This document shows, in pieces, positions 9,391 through 21,667 of a DNA stretch of 64,000 bases (position 1 is the first letter of the stretch; the number at the start of each line of letters is the position of its first letter). This stretch comes from Corallochytrium limacisporum Hawaii (taxonomy: Eukaryota > Protista > Pluriformea): NCBI GenBank assembly GCA_002811645.1, contig PDIP01000022.1, forward strand, positions 89,375 through 153,374, read 5' to 3'. The notes beneath the pieces were generated by a model, which was not told where the DNA came from, ran no database searches, and worked only from the letters and a program-made list of their open reading frames with translations. Both the position numbers and the translations under genes were made by a program.

Positions 9391-9856
9391 GGTGATCTGT
9401 AAGAAGTTTGTGTCTGTCTTTGGTCTCGACTTCAAGAAGTCATATGATTTGATCATTAGTTAATATCGAGATGTCCATTACCGGTTACCCTTTAAGTACC
9501 CACTGCGTACCGTCAGCATTTGCAGCGACCCCACAATTCCCTGAGAAGTACAAGCAGAGGCACGACGAATGAAGAAAGAAGTAAAACACACCATTGGAAC
9601 CTTCAGAAGACACTCACAACAGCACCGAAGATAAAAAATGTTTATCGATCGCTGGTTGATGATGCATTCACTGTTTGTACACAGAAACATTGTATTTCTC
9701 GTCGAATTTCTTCCCGCACCGCTCTCCCTCTCCCTCTCCCCCTTTTCTCCCCCAGGGGAAGAAAACTTTTTCTGTTTTGCCTTCACTTTCAGTACTATCT
9801 CTCCTCCACCCGGGCCCCGGTGTGCATGGACCCACCACCACTTCGATCCCCCCCCC

Positions 9857-9969
9857 NNNNNNNNNNNNNNNNNNNNNNNNNNNNNNNNNNNNNNNNNNNN
9901 NNNNNNNNNNNNNNNNNNNNNNNNNNNNNNNNNNNNNNNNNNNNNNNNNNNNNNNNNNNNNNNNNNNNN
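9857..9969. other. Assembly gap after a C-run, with duplicated flank ACCACTTCGATCCCC
   Basis: N-run; the same 15-mer occurs on both sides. Confidence 0.95.
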
Positions 9970-11715
9970 ACCACTTCGATCCCCACCCCCCCTTCGTTGA
10001 TGTCCGTCGCGAAAAGGAAAACCGGAAATTGCCAGCTGGCGAAGCTCCCTAGCAGAAGGTAGGGAGAGGAAAAGTGCCAAATCATCGACAGCTAGCAAGA
10101 TTAGTATTGAATATACTGAAGAAATCATACAGGAGTTACACTATCTCTTCCTCTCGTTCGTTCCCTTTCGTTCTTGGCTGTTCTGTGACAGTGGACAAAC
10201 TCAGAGCCCAGGCACGAGCCAGTAGCGAAAGACTGCAGGAAAAAATATTTTTCTGCAGCCCCCTCCCCTCCCAGCCTCCTGCTGCTACACCCCCCACTTT
10301 CCTTTCTCACAACAGCGGGAGCACAACAGATTAGTCATCGGCCGAAAGAGTCACAGTAGCCTTGGTAGTTAACCAGTACCCAACCGGAGCACTCTCCCAC
10401 ACTCTATCCTCCCTCCAGCACATCGACCGCTGGCCACCTTCCCCTTTCTCCGTGGTACGGCCAGGAAAAATACCAGACTGCAGACACGGCAGCGACGGAT
10501 TGATAATTAAGAAAAATCCTTTTTCCAGTCCGATCCTGTTAATAACCTTTGTGGCACGTAAAAGGCAGGAAAAACCTCTGCAGGTATGCGGGAGCAGGAA
10601 TCGGATTGGTTTATCTTGACGGTTGCGCCTGTGGTCGGCCACAATAAAATTTTTCTTTTTCTTTTGTTACGTTGGTTTCCCAATCCGCGCTGGGACCCCT
10701 CCTGCTTCTCTCATCTTCCGGACGCATATGTACCATTTCCCCATTGAATAAACTACAAGATTTCTGTGCCGTTGCCTGGTGGCTCAATTCCCCTTCGCAT
10801 CATTCTGACACCGACCCAACCCACCGCCGACTGCCTACGTGATCTAGTGATGACGGCACGGTGATGACACATAGTTGTACGCATACTGAAAGTACGTACG
10901 TGATCCCTTTTCTCCAGCCCTTCAATTCCCCCCCCCCCCAACCACACCACACCACCGAGTGTAATCCTTCGCAGACCATAGCACCACATCTGTCGGGGGG
11001 GGGTCCATATACTGCGCAAGTGGTTCTCGGGTGCGAGATGGTTTGCGACTTTCGCTTTGGCCCACCACCACCCCTCGTGGTGCAGGAAGTGTCATCTGCA
11101 GGACAACACCTTCGGGTTCTCAAGCAGTTGGTGTGTGGCCTCTTGACAAAAGATAGCCACGACCGCAAAACCGGCACAGCAAGCGATTGGGCTGCACACA
11201 CCGGAGAGTGTCCCCCTCTCACCCCCTCCCCCTGCCATCCCGTACCGTCGTTCCACTGCTTTTTCTCCAAAAAAACATGCAGTTCCCAAATAAATCCATG
11301 CCGGGTCGCGAGATGGGTCTGTGGTGGGGCCTCCTTCCGATGGAGAGCGGAGAGGGAGAGAGAGTTGTGCGTGTGTGTGTGTGCGGTTGGGGGAGGGAGG
11401 GGGGAGAGGAGAGAAGATCAGAGGCTTTAGTTTTAGCCATGGCTGGTTTACTCCTTTTTGTCCCGGTGCATTGGCAATGAATGTAATGCGAGGGAAAATT
11501 TTCCACGGTGCAAGCGCAACGAAAAAGGATGAGGGGCACCGAGCGAGATACCGAGAAAAAAAAACAAAAAAAAACGATCTCAAGCAAATAAGAAATGCTC
11601 CAGAACTCTCAGGAACAATAAAACAAGGGAAAAAATCCCTTCACTGCCCACCGTAGCCGTCCGAGCGAGACTTTCCTTTCTCTCTTTACCTCTCGCTTGC
11701 GACGCCCCCCCCCCC

Positions 11716-11921
11716 NNNNNNNNNNNNNNNNNNNNNNNNNNNNNNNNNNNNNNNNNNNNNNNNNNNNNNNNNNNNNNNNNNNNNNNNNNNNNNNNNNNNN
11801 NNNNNNNNNNNNNNNNNNNNNNNNNNNNNNNNNNNNNNNNNNNNNNNNNNNNNNNNNNNNNNNNNNNNNNNNNNNNNNNNNNNNNNNNNNNNNNNNNNNN
11901 NNNNNNNNNNNNNNNNNNNNN
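11716..11921. other. Assembly gap after C11
   Basis: N-run. Confidence 0.95.
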
Positions 11922-13343
11922 CCACCCGCCTTTTCCGCACGTACGCATAACCGAAAAGGGAATTTCTTCACTTTCATTTTCCGCAGAAAATGGTGGCCAA
12001 TGGGAGGTGAGCCCCCTACCGCAGTGTACAAGCGGCAGGAAGGGAACCCAGAGTCAGTGTCGCCCCCCCCTCCGGAGGCGATCCCTGCATCAGCCGCAGT
12101 CCCAGAAAGGGTCCGTAGATATAGGTCGAATGAAAAGGTAACACCACCAGATCTCGATCGTCAGTACATACTGACTTGAAAAAGTAGCGGCGGAAAGCCA
12201 CGAAGACGGTATATTCTATCGCATCGGAGCGATAGTATCAGCAGTTATCCGTCTCCGGAGAGCCATGTGGAGAGAAATGTTACATACATTCAAAAGGGGA
12301 AGTTCCTGGGACAATAGAGTAAGGTGGGAGGGTGGGACGCACCGGGGGGGGGGAGTGCACACACCCGTCGTTGGTGGATTCTGCATACTTTTCCATACTG
12401 TCTGAACAGGCTTTCTTGGAAAGCGGGAAGACCGGAGCATAGAAAAGCAGGACGAAGATGAAGTTTTTTCCGAATGAGTCGACGTCTTTCTTGTAACATC
12501 CATCGAGACGAGGACTGCAAGACCTACCATACCAAGTACATTATCTACTAAGAAAAAGTATATACTTGCCCCATCAGGGTCAAGAAAGGAGAGGGTTTGG
12601 AAACCGATATGGTATTGACATCACCACTCGTGCGTTGTGGACAGCAGCGTGACAGGGGGGGGGACATTGGGATATCTCCGGCATAGAAAAAATTGGTAGT
12701 GAATATATGGTGTGTTTTCACCGGGATGGGATCAATTGAAACAATAGTTCCCTGTGAGCCTTGCCTTGGACCCCAAACGTTAGTTGTCGTCGTTCGTGAA
12801 GTATATTCTGCCACTATCAGTACATTAGATATGGATGCTCAACACTTGCCTATTTGAGAAGGTATTCACTTGCCCGTCATCTCAGGATCGGGTCCGGTGG
12901 CCCCCAGTGAGGAGGAAGGGAGAGGAGAGATAATTACGCCGCAGCCATTATGTACCGGACCGAGAGTCGAAGCCCGCGACTGGAGTGTCTCCCCACCGGA
13001 CTGAGTTTTGGGAGAGGGCCAAAAAATTTTATTCATCAGCACAGATAATGGGGCAATGCACCGCTGTTTAACGGATGTCCGTATTTGAATTAGCAATGTG
13101 ACGATCGACCGTTTCATGATTTCAGCTAGATACGGCGAGGGGTTGCATATCCGGGGGAAAATGATTCCAGTGCCTGGGTCAGTTGCTTGCCTACCCGTTT
13201 ACACAACAAACGCATTCGGATGCATGAGCGTGTCCCAGGCGATCAAAAGACAAAACTGAGCTCTGGATGTATGGAAAAAAGTGCGATTTACTATGTTACA
13301 TATGTTTGATAGATGTAAGATGATGTTGTCAAAGGAATCCTCT

Positions 13344-16073
13344 TCACAGAGCCTCCTGTGAGCGTGCCTTGAGCTCGTGAATGTCTGTAACAATGAGCGA
13401 GTTCTCGAGGAAGTTCCGCGCTGCCTGGTCCTCCTTGGCCGGGTAGCTTACCTGTCCACCGCTGAGCAGAACATTGATGGTCTTGTGCAGCTTGCGCAGC
13501 TTCTCGACGTTGATTAGGCCATTGACATGCGTTGGATTACCGTCTTTGATGAATACGATGTCCTTCATATGTGTCGGCAAGAATGGGACCCACGGCTGCA
13601 AGCCAATGTTTTCAACCTTCTCGCGATAGGCCTTCATGTTCCGACCGTGGTGTACCAAGGTGGTGCGAAGGTGCTGGATGGTGTTCATGTAAACCTGACT
13701 GACACCACCCCAGGCCTCGATCAAATTCTTCACCGGCATGCCATCCAGGCACTGCACAATGGTGAACACACTGAAAATATTGTTGAGGATGTAGCAGTGC
13801 TTTGCAATCTGGATGAATTTCGCGATCAGAGCTGATTGTTCACGGACAGTTCGGGCACAGCAAATGGCTGTTGCGACCCAGTAACTCTCCTCATCGTAGC
13901 GGGCGATGAAGTCCTTGAAAGTGGAGGCCTCATTCCCAGTTTTGCCTTTTGCACCATTCATGTAGAAGCCCATTGCATCGGTCATGGTGATGCGCTTGAG
14001 TAGGCTCCAGTTGTAAATGGTGACCTGTTCTGCGATGTAGCGGGCGTCTACGTTGCCGATTACTTCGCTGCTCCATCCGAGGTCATCCGTCTCGCGGTCG
14101 CCCATGGCCAGGCGAGATCGGCGTGCACTGGCCTCCTGCATGGCCTTACGGTGCTCCGAGACTGACCCTTCAAGGGTCTCCTGGAGGAGGCGTTCCGCCA
14201 GGGCAAAGCCAGTTTCCCCTGTCCTAGCCATGAATTGGTCCAGAAAGGCGCGTTCCGGTCCGTCCTCGTCACCGAAGACATCGGGTGCGATATCAACCCA
14301 GCGGATGATGACCATAATGATAGCCTGCTGCACCTGACGGTGTTCTGCCGTCGTGCTCCGCTTCTTCGTCGCGAAGCGAGTGATCAGTTCCTGAAGCAGT
14401 TCCAGACTGGTCATGACCACAGAGTGAGTGTGCAGGATCATATCGACAAAGATCGAGTCCTTGGATCCGTCCGCACTGATCAGACGGTCAATGAGGGCAT
14501 CCCTAGATGCTGCCATAAGCTGGATGTTACCGTCCGTGTCCTGGTAGACAGCAACTTCCTCACCATCCTCGTTGGTCTCTGAGAAGGTGTCGACTTTACA
14601 GTTGTCCTTCCCGTTCATGCTCATGCTTGACGACCGTCTCATGCCCTTGATGCTGATGCTCTGAGAAGAGTCGGAACTCACACTCAGGGTAGCTGAAGTG
14701 CGCTTGTACTTGACACTACTGGGACCCCGGTGTGCCGGATATGAACCGAGCGAGTGCAGTAGTTCTGCCCCCCCTGCTCCGGCTTGCTGCTGGGAATCAG
14801 AGTCTCCGAGGGCCAGGCTGCGCATTGGGCGCACCAATAGGTCCGGAGGAGTGGATCTGCGGTGTAGGGTGCGAGATGCGCGACGGCTGGATCCTGATCT
14901 GCTGAGGCAGTATACATTGCCGCGTAGACTCGAGCACGGGCTGACCACAGCGTCGGCGACGCTACTATTACTGTCAGTGTAGCCGTGGTGAGTGTGCCGG
15001 AGCACAGAGGTGAGGCCACGGCCCTTCTTCGGGGTCTCGTCCAGCGCAACCGAAGAGTTGGACTCAATCTCGGTGTCGTCATACTGAGACAGACGTTCCT
15101 GGTCTTCCTCATCTTCCCAGTCGCTATCTTCCTGACCGAAGACACTGCAACGGCTGCCACAATTGCCCATAGCATACTGTTCTGCACTATACAGAGGTCT
15201 ACTGTTGCCGTTGTCGCAAATATCCTCGTCCCGCTCATGGAGGTCCACACTACCGCAAGCGTTGGTGTCGTCGTTGAATTCGACTGAATCTTCAGCCTCA
15301 ATGGTACCCAAAGTAAGATCCAAATCTGATGGAACCTGTGCCACTGTGCCAAGCCCTGTGTAGTGCTGCTGCTGACCCAATTCGTGGGCATCGACGCCAC
15401 CGCCGAGTCCATTGTCGAGCCAACTTCGCACGCCTTCGACGCTCTCGAACCACTCGTTAGCCTGCTCCTGGTTCTTGAAGATAACAAAAAGCATGCCACG
15501 GCTTGTACCCTCGCTAGAAATCTCGTTGGAGGCCAGAGTGATCTCCACGGCGCTTTTCTCCACCTGGGAGATGTTGAGACTAATTTCATTGAGAGGAATC
15601 TCAAGGCCGGTCGCTTGGGTGGGACCACTGTCCTTGTTTTTGCGCAATTGCATGGAGCGACGGATGGAGCCCTTTGTATTCTTGTCCCGGGCCAGCCGGA
15701 CGAACACCAAGTTCTTGTCATCCAGGCACCCCACGATGTTTCTGAACTTCCATATTGTGTTGCCCTGGTTCTGATCAACGAACTTTAACTTGGCGACCGG
15801 CACACTCAGAATCAGACTTTCCCGTTTTGTGGCACATATCGCTCCGCTGTCGTTCTGAAGCCCGTCGTCAAAGGCCTTCATGAGATCCTCATGCCATTTG
15901 TATTCCTCAGCAGGCATGAAGGCCCGCTGGAGCTGTGGGGTTTGGTCAGAACCTATGTTACTGTTCTTCAGGTTCGGTGTCCCGCCACCCGATGAGTCGA
16001 AGGAACCAAAATTCCTCTTCTTCATACTGGCTATGGACCATGACCCCAATGAGGCGGCCCTTTGACGACCCAT
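13344..16073 (-). CDS. Ras/Rap guanine nucleotide exchange factor (PH-like, REM, CDC25 domains)
   Basis: REM: LMAASRDALIDRL...FVDMILHTHSVVMTSLELL. CDC25: IAEQVT, YWVATAIC, KFIQIAKHC, PWVPFLPTHMKDIVFIKDGNP..VNGLINVEKLR. PH-like terminal helix FKNQEQANEWFESV. Confidence 0.92.
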   Translation of the reverse strand: MGRQRAASLGSWSIASMKKRNFGSFDSSGGGTPNLKNSNIGSDQTPQLQRAFMPAEEYKWHEDLMKAFDDGLQNDSGAICATKRESLILSVPVAKLKFVDQNQGNTIWKFRNIVGCLDDKNLVFVRLARDKNTKGSIRRSMQLRKNKDSGPTQATGLEIPLNEISLNISQVEKSAVEITLASNEISSEGTSRGMLFVIFKNQEQANEWFESVEGVRSWLDNGLGGGVDAHELGQQQHYTGLGTVAQVPSDLDLTLGTIEAEDSVEFNDDTNACGSVDLHERDEDICDNGNSRPLYSAEQYAMGNCGSRCSVFGQEDSDWEDEEDQERLSQYDDTEIESNSSVALDETPKKGRGLTSVLRHTHHGYTDSNSSVADAVVSPCSSLRGNVYCLSRSGSSRRASRTLHRRSTPPDLLVRPMRSLALGDSDSQQQAGAGGAELLHSLGSYPAHRGPSSVKYKRTSATLSVSSDSSQSISIKGMRRSSSMSMNGKDNCKVDTFSETNEDGEEVAVYQDTDGNIQLMAASRDALIDRLISADGSKDSIFVDMILHTHSVVMTSLELLQELITRFATKKRSTTAEHRQVQQAIIMVIIRWVDIAPDVFGDEDGPERAFLDQFMARTGETGFALAERLLQETLEGSVSEHRKAMQEASARRSRLAMGDRETDDLGWSSEVIGNVDARYIAEQVTIYNWSLLKRITMTDAMGFYMNGAKGKTGNEASTFKDFIARYDEESYWVATAICCARTVREQSALIAKFIQIAKHCYILNNIFSVFTIVQCLDGMPVKNLIEAWGGVSQVYMNTIQHLRTTLVHHGRNMKAYREKVENIGLQPWVPFLPTHMKDIVFIKDGNPTHVNGLINVEKLRKLHKTINVLLSGGQVSYPAKEDQAARNFLENSLIVTDIHELKARSQEAL

Positions 16074-17037
16074 TACGGTTTTAACTAGATCTGTTTCTGT
16101 AGAATTGAGAACCCTGTTGATATGTTTCTGGTTCGTCTTTGACCGTGTGTGTTGCTCACTTTACTTCGTGTCCTCAACACATTCTATCGCATATTCTTTA
16201 AATTGCCTAACAAAACACAGCCAGGTGTCGTTTACTGAAGGATGGAACCCCTCTTGCAAAGTTTCACACTATGAGTAACTGAAATGATATAACGAAATAT
16301 TAGTAAGGGGCCTCTGGTGCTCCGAATACCTTCATCCACGTCAGCTTGGTGCTGGAGTGATGCTTCCCATAGTTTCCAAAACTTCAACAACACCACACAG
16401 TATGCTTTCTGTTCACTAATGAGCTAGAAAAGCACGTAGGACATCAGTGTCAAAACAATAGCTATGACCGATCTCCACTGAACTAATGGTGTGGCGCCAG
16501 CACGGTCCATTTGATGGCTTTCAGAAGGTCAAAGATGCTACGAGGACCCTCCCCCCTGCGGTGCCTGTGTCCCCTCGCCTCGTCGCTCCGCCGAGTGTGT
16601 CTGACTCGCCTGGGTCACTCCCCGTTTGCCATGGAGGGTGAGGTTAGTCTGCCTGTTTCCCCTCAGACCCTCAGACGACAGAATGGTTTTCCTTTCGTTT
16701 TTTTTGAAGTTTTCTCTCTCTCTCTCTCTCCCCCTCTGTCCCTCTGTCTCTGTACACTCTCCCCTCCGGATCACTCCCGTTCCCCCCCCCCCTTTCCCTT
16801 CCCCTCCCTCTGCGCTATCGTTATCGCGTTTGCCTTTCGGGTTTAATCCACTGTGCAGATCTTGTCTATGGAGCAGACGGGGGGTAGGCATCAAACCAAA
16901 TACCAAAAAAAAAAAGTTGGAACTCTATTTTCGTACCGCAGCCAATGACAGAGTGGGACTGCTGTGGGTCAACTCAACGGCCGGAAAGACTCGAAAGGAA
17001 GACCATTCTGTCGTCTGAGGGTCTGAGGGGAAACAGG

Positions 17038-17093
17038 NNNNNNNNNNNNNNNNNNNNNNNNNNNNNNNNNNNNNNNNNNNNNNNNNNNNNNNN
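17038..17093. other. Assembly gap with duplicated or chimeric flank
   Basis: CCGGAAAGACTCGAAAGGAAGA occurs at both 16981 and 17094. Confidence 0.9.
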
Positions 17094-20000
17094 CCGGAAA
17101 GACTCGAAAGGAAGAGAAGGGGGGGGGGGGCGGGAGATCAACCCGATTCCGATTCGTTTTGGCTGGTGATGATCGAGTGTGGTACATTCATTATGTACAC
17201 TACCCGGCCGGCCAAACCCACGGCAGTTTTTGCTCTTCGTTCGGCGCGGAGAGGAGAATGTTGACCCGCCCGAGCCCGGGGAAGGGGAGGGGAAAGGGAG
17301 TTGCAGATTGACGAGCGAAAAGAGTGCCGTAGAATACGCTTGGGGTCGGAAGTTTGCAACATGGCCTGCGAATCTGTCTAACTGGTACGATCCATTCAAG
17401 GATGCAGAAAGGTAAGATTGAAGCGAAGAGAAAGAAGACATGCTTTTCTGGACTTGTTGCTTCTGTTCAACACTGGCGTTGCATGCATAAATGACCAACA
17501 GAGTGGGTGTATCAATTCAGCTCCATTTGGTAGAGTTCCAGTGGGTGTGCGTGCATGGTGCTGTAGACGCTTAGCATCATTGCCTCTCTCTTGCGGTGCT
17601 TTCTTCTACGCACTGTATGCATGACACGCCTATATTGTGGCTATTGCATAAAGTCATCCCTGCGTGCCCATACCTCTACTTTACAACCCCGGTTGGATTT
17701 CCAGGTGCTGTGTTTTGGACCAGACTACAATGGGAAACGACGAAGACCGCTGATTGGCTCCACCGTTCGCCCTTCCCTGGGCGGGGGGAGGGCACCACGG
17801 GCAAAACGAAGGACTGCAGTGGGTCCCAGCCGTGAAAAACACAGAAAAAACCAGTTCATTCAGTACTCATAGTTGTTGGTTGTCAATCACTTCCGCTCCT
17901 GGGTGATTCGGATGTTATTTGGCCGGCTCGTTTGCCAGGGGGGGGAGGGGCACGCAGGCACGAGAAAGCGCAGGACCCACCTCCCGCAGAGGCGGACCGG
18001 TGTGGGTCGGCAGTAGCCAAATAGACACCGAGGGACATCGAGGCATTTCTCTGCCCGGCACACGGAATCAGCAGCTCGGGAACCACGGCACTTCCACCTG
18101 ATCTCTCTGCCAAAGGGAAAGCAATGGCAAGAGTCAGAGCATGCTCTGACTCTTGCGTTTTCGAATACACAAACTGACAAATGGGTGCGACCGGAAGCAT
18201 GCCGTTCTCTCTGCCGGTCAGAACCTTCTTCAAACCAAAAGTGTGGAAGAACAGAAGCAGAATCCACGGTAATTGTGCATGGAATCCACCAAACTAAGAA
18301 GGCTGATGTGTTGCTGTGGTACTTGTTACATTCTAGCATCCCCGTTATTGTATATTGGAAGGCAGTACCGTGATTCCGTTTGGTGACGACTCCACTTTGT
18401 GTCGCTGGCCCACTAGTTTTCTTAGTTTATGCAGTTCCTTATACACACACAATCGACGCAAGATATCAGGGCAAGGGCACAATAGTATACGGCAGAGAGA
18501 GAGAGAGAGTCAGGTGAAGCACAAAGTGACGAGAAGAGGAGCGTTCTGCCGCAGGAAAACATTGACCGCTGTTGCACAAGAACGCCTTCTGCGCGGGGTT
18601 AGCATTCCGTGCCCGGCGAAACCACGCCGATCGAGTCCTGATTTTTCGGGGCTCCCGCGAGACATGTGCTCCCGCGAGACATTTCTATTTGGTTTTCTTT
18701 ATGGACATGCACGTATCACACAGGTGTGCCTCCCCGCCTGTGTGGTATATGGGCCAATTTGACAAGGTGGTGTTCAACGAGAACCGGAGATGAAGCACGA
18801 AGAAGGTCTGCTTGTAGCGGGGGCCAAAGTTGCGTTCACCACATTTACATTCTCTGCGACCTGTCAATGCAATGCGAGAGTAAAATAAACAAGAAGAGCA
18901 TGCTTGATTTGAACTGTTAGATATTCTGTGCCGGGAGGCGTTCCGGAGGATTTCACTATACGGTTACCTACGGTAGCGATCTCCATAGTTTTCGTTTAAG
19001 TTTCTAGCTGCAAATAAGAGTATTGCCAGATACTAGCAACATTAGTGAGAAGTTGCTGTGACAGTGTGTGTTCCTACTACCAACCCTATCAAAAGCATGC
19101 ATAAAGTGGCTGTATATGCTGGCATTCTCATTCACCACGGTTGCCTTAAAACCGAGCTTATGCCCCATCCCGCAACATGATGGTGGTGATCATCGTCGCC
19201 CCAGTTGTCGCACCAGGTACCCACTTTGCATGCCACGGTTTCTCTTCGATAGCAACTGGGCATGTTACCGTATGCACGCTCGAGAATCTGGCCCTCTTCG
19301 TCTTTTGTTTGCAGCCCTTAGGATACCATCATGCATCAAGTATGAAACAATAGGTTTTAGCAAGGCAAAGGCAAAAACAGTAGCCAAGGATGGTTTGTCC
19401 GTTGCAACATTCAATCAAAGCCCTGCAGTGTGGGTTGCTCCTTTACGCTTTCCACAGAGCCCCACCTGCCTCGTTCCCGCACAAGTGCGGGCCAAAAATA
19501 TACGTAAAAAAACCACGCGCGCGTGTTTGTATCGACACGGACTGTTCAACTTTCCGTTGAACTGTTGTTGTTAGGCAGCTCCGCGCGGGTTGCGACGGTG
19601 GGTTGGGCCAGAGGTTGGGGCTAGACGAAGGGGGGACACGGGCAACGATATGGTCCAAAGAGGACCCCAAGACCCGGCCGAATTGGAGGGCGACAAGCCC
19701 CCAATCATCGTACTATTATCTTTTATCTACTGTCTATGGATGCATCAACTGACAAAGTGGGCTGCTGTGGTCATGCAGAGTACACCCATAAGAGCTCCCA
19801 TGCAGATTAGATAGGCCCTACAGCAGTCTTCTTTCACATGGGTTCTCGTCGCTTGCTGTTGCAGCTTTCCTCGCAATTCAATAGTGACACATAGTGTTTT
19901 GGTACAACAACGTGTAAATTGTAGAATAACTTACCATGTTGGTGCACCTAACTGCGCACATGTTTAAGGCGGCAAAGCCGGCCATGTGCACGCTCCATGG

Positions 20001-21110
20001 CTGGTCATAGGCATGGTGTCGGGAACAACCACAGACGGGAAACGGGAGGAGACGGAGCGATTGTGGTCCCGCACGTCCAAACACATCAGTCTCTCAATGC
20101 CATAGCCTTTGCAAGCAAAAATTTAACGTCACCGACGTGAAAGCCAACAAGTCAATATCTTCCGCCCAGTCAGTAGAGAGAGGAACATGGCTAAAGAAAA
20201 ATGAAGGCCGTTGACACGAATCCTGAACTTCCAAAAGAATCGTATCTGCTTGTTATCTTCGAAAGTTATCCACGGTGGCTCGGCAAAAAGATCCATGTTC
20301 CTGGCGACGGATGGATGCTGGTTGATTTAGGCGGGCTGTTCAGACGTCGTCGGCTTCAATCCTGTAACGACAGTTGAACACACCGCGGGCATCTAGAGAG
20401 CCTAGAAAAGAAGGTTATATCGCCATGAAACTCGGTCAAAGAGCATGGGTAAATCGGTGACCAACCCGGGTGCCCTCAACAGGACGGTCTTATTGGGCTG
20501 GAACTCGGAAGACACTGTTCAAATTGTGCTGCTCTAGCTATCAGATGTTCTCCTGGTGTCCATTCTGTCCTTCATCCGCCCAGCCCCCTTATTTTTTTAG
20601 TCAACATGCCCCATTCCACAGCAACCCGCAGTGGCTGTTGTGGAGTCTCCAAGTTGATTCAGTGTTGCAGCGCGTGTTAAAACGACCTTGCGCTGCCTTC
20701 GTTGTCTTCGTTTGTCGATACTGTCCTTGGAGGTTGTGGAACTGAGTTGATTAGGATTTAGCATGTAGTTGGCAGCGACGGAGGTTCAGACATCCACTGT
20801 TACATGCGCACAGATTTGTGTTCTCAACAGTACCTTTCTCTTCCTCTCGTTGATTAATTAGAACCCATCTTGGAAGTACGTTCTGCTGCATGCGAAGCAC
20901 GATGGCCAGCAGAGAATTTTCCCCATCCACTGAGGTGCAGTACACTGATGGGATTGATCCTGCCCTCTACCTGCAGCTAATTCAAAACGATAATGTTGTG
21001 TCGATTATTAGGTGATCAGTTAATTTTCACACCTGGCATTTCCACGGGTCACACAGGTGAAGGAAGGGAGCCTCCATCTGTTTTTCTGCCGCATGCGCTC
21101 CCCTCAACCA

Positions 21111-21130
21111 CCCCCCCCCCCCGGGGGGGG
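21111..21130. promoter_or_regulatory. C12G8 self-complementary tract about 540 bp upstream of AlaRS
   Basis: The sequence is seen directly; a regulatory role is inferred only from recurrence upstream of genes. Confidence 0.45.
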
Positions 21131-21667
21131 CCCTTCCAAATCTCTGGTGGGAAGGGGCCGGTGGCTTTAGCACTTGAGACCCCTAGGAAAGTGGCGGGGG
21201 CGCACTAGTCACTGTCTCCCTTCTCCGTTCGTGTGCCACCCCCCTTGTCGGCACCCCCCCCTCTGAGTCCCCACCTCCTCCATCAGTCAGCAAGAGAGCG
21301 CAAAGCCAAGAGAGATGCGTGGGTGTGCTAAGATTCTTAGCGCTCTGAGCAGTTTTAGACCGTGCGCGCTAACAAACTGGGCAATAAGACCAGTGGGACA
21401 TGGTTTGAGGGGAGCGGGGCCCACGGGCGAAGTACGTGAAAGGCGAGGCTGACCGCTGAGGGAGATAGAATCTATTGTTGCTGCATCTGCAGTTGTTGCA
21501 CAAATTATTCAGGATTGTTATGTGCCTATGTTGGTCTCCAATACTGGTCACCCTCACCAACGTATAAAGACACACGTAATCAGTAAGAAGTGAAAAAGGA
21601 GCTCATCCAAAACAAACAAACTCATCTTTTCGCGTCAATTGTTGTTACCATTGGGTAAGTAAGAACC

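Noticed and set aside
9397-9488. Possible 5'UTR intron before CYSTM (GTAACC...ACTAAT...TTACAG), and GTAAGT at 4590 before the kinase
   Set aside because: Intervening AGs and weak branch points; cannot be supported without transcripts.
9837-9990. Direct repeats flanking N gaps (also 24735/24946), resembling target-site duplications or CRISPR-like repeats
   Set aside because: Typical unmerged contig overlaps at G/C homopolymers.
16652-17037. 46-bp inverted repeat (16652-16697 vs 16992-17037, one mismatch) resembling MITE terminal repeats
   Set aside because: The right arm ends at a gap, and the sequence after the gap repeats 16981-17002 and then continues differently. The shared CGAAAGGAA microhomology suggests a template-switch chimeric read. 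Long reads would settle it.
21600-21667. Possible non-AUG N-terminal extension giving a mitochondrial AlaRS isoform, as in yeast ALA1
   Set aside because: In-frame TAA at 21656-21658, four codons upstream of the ATG.
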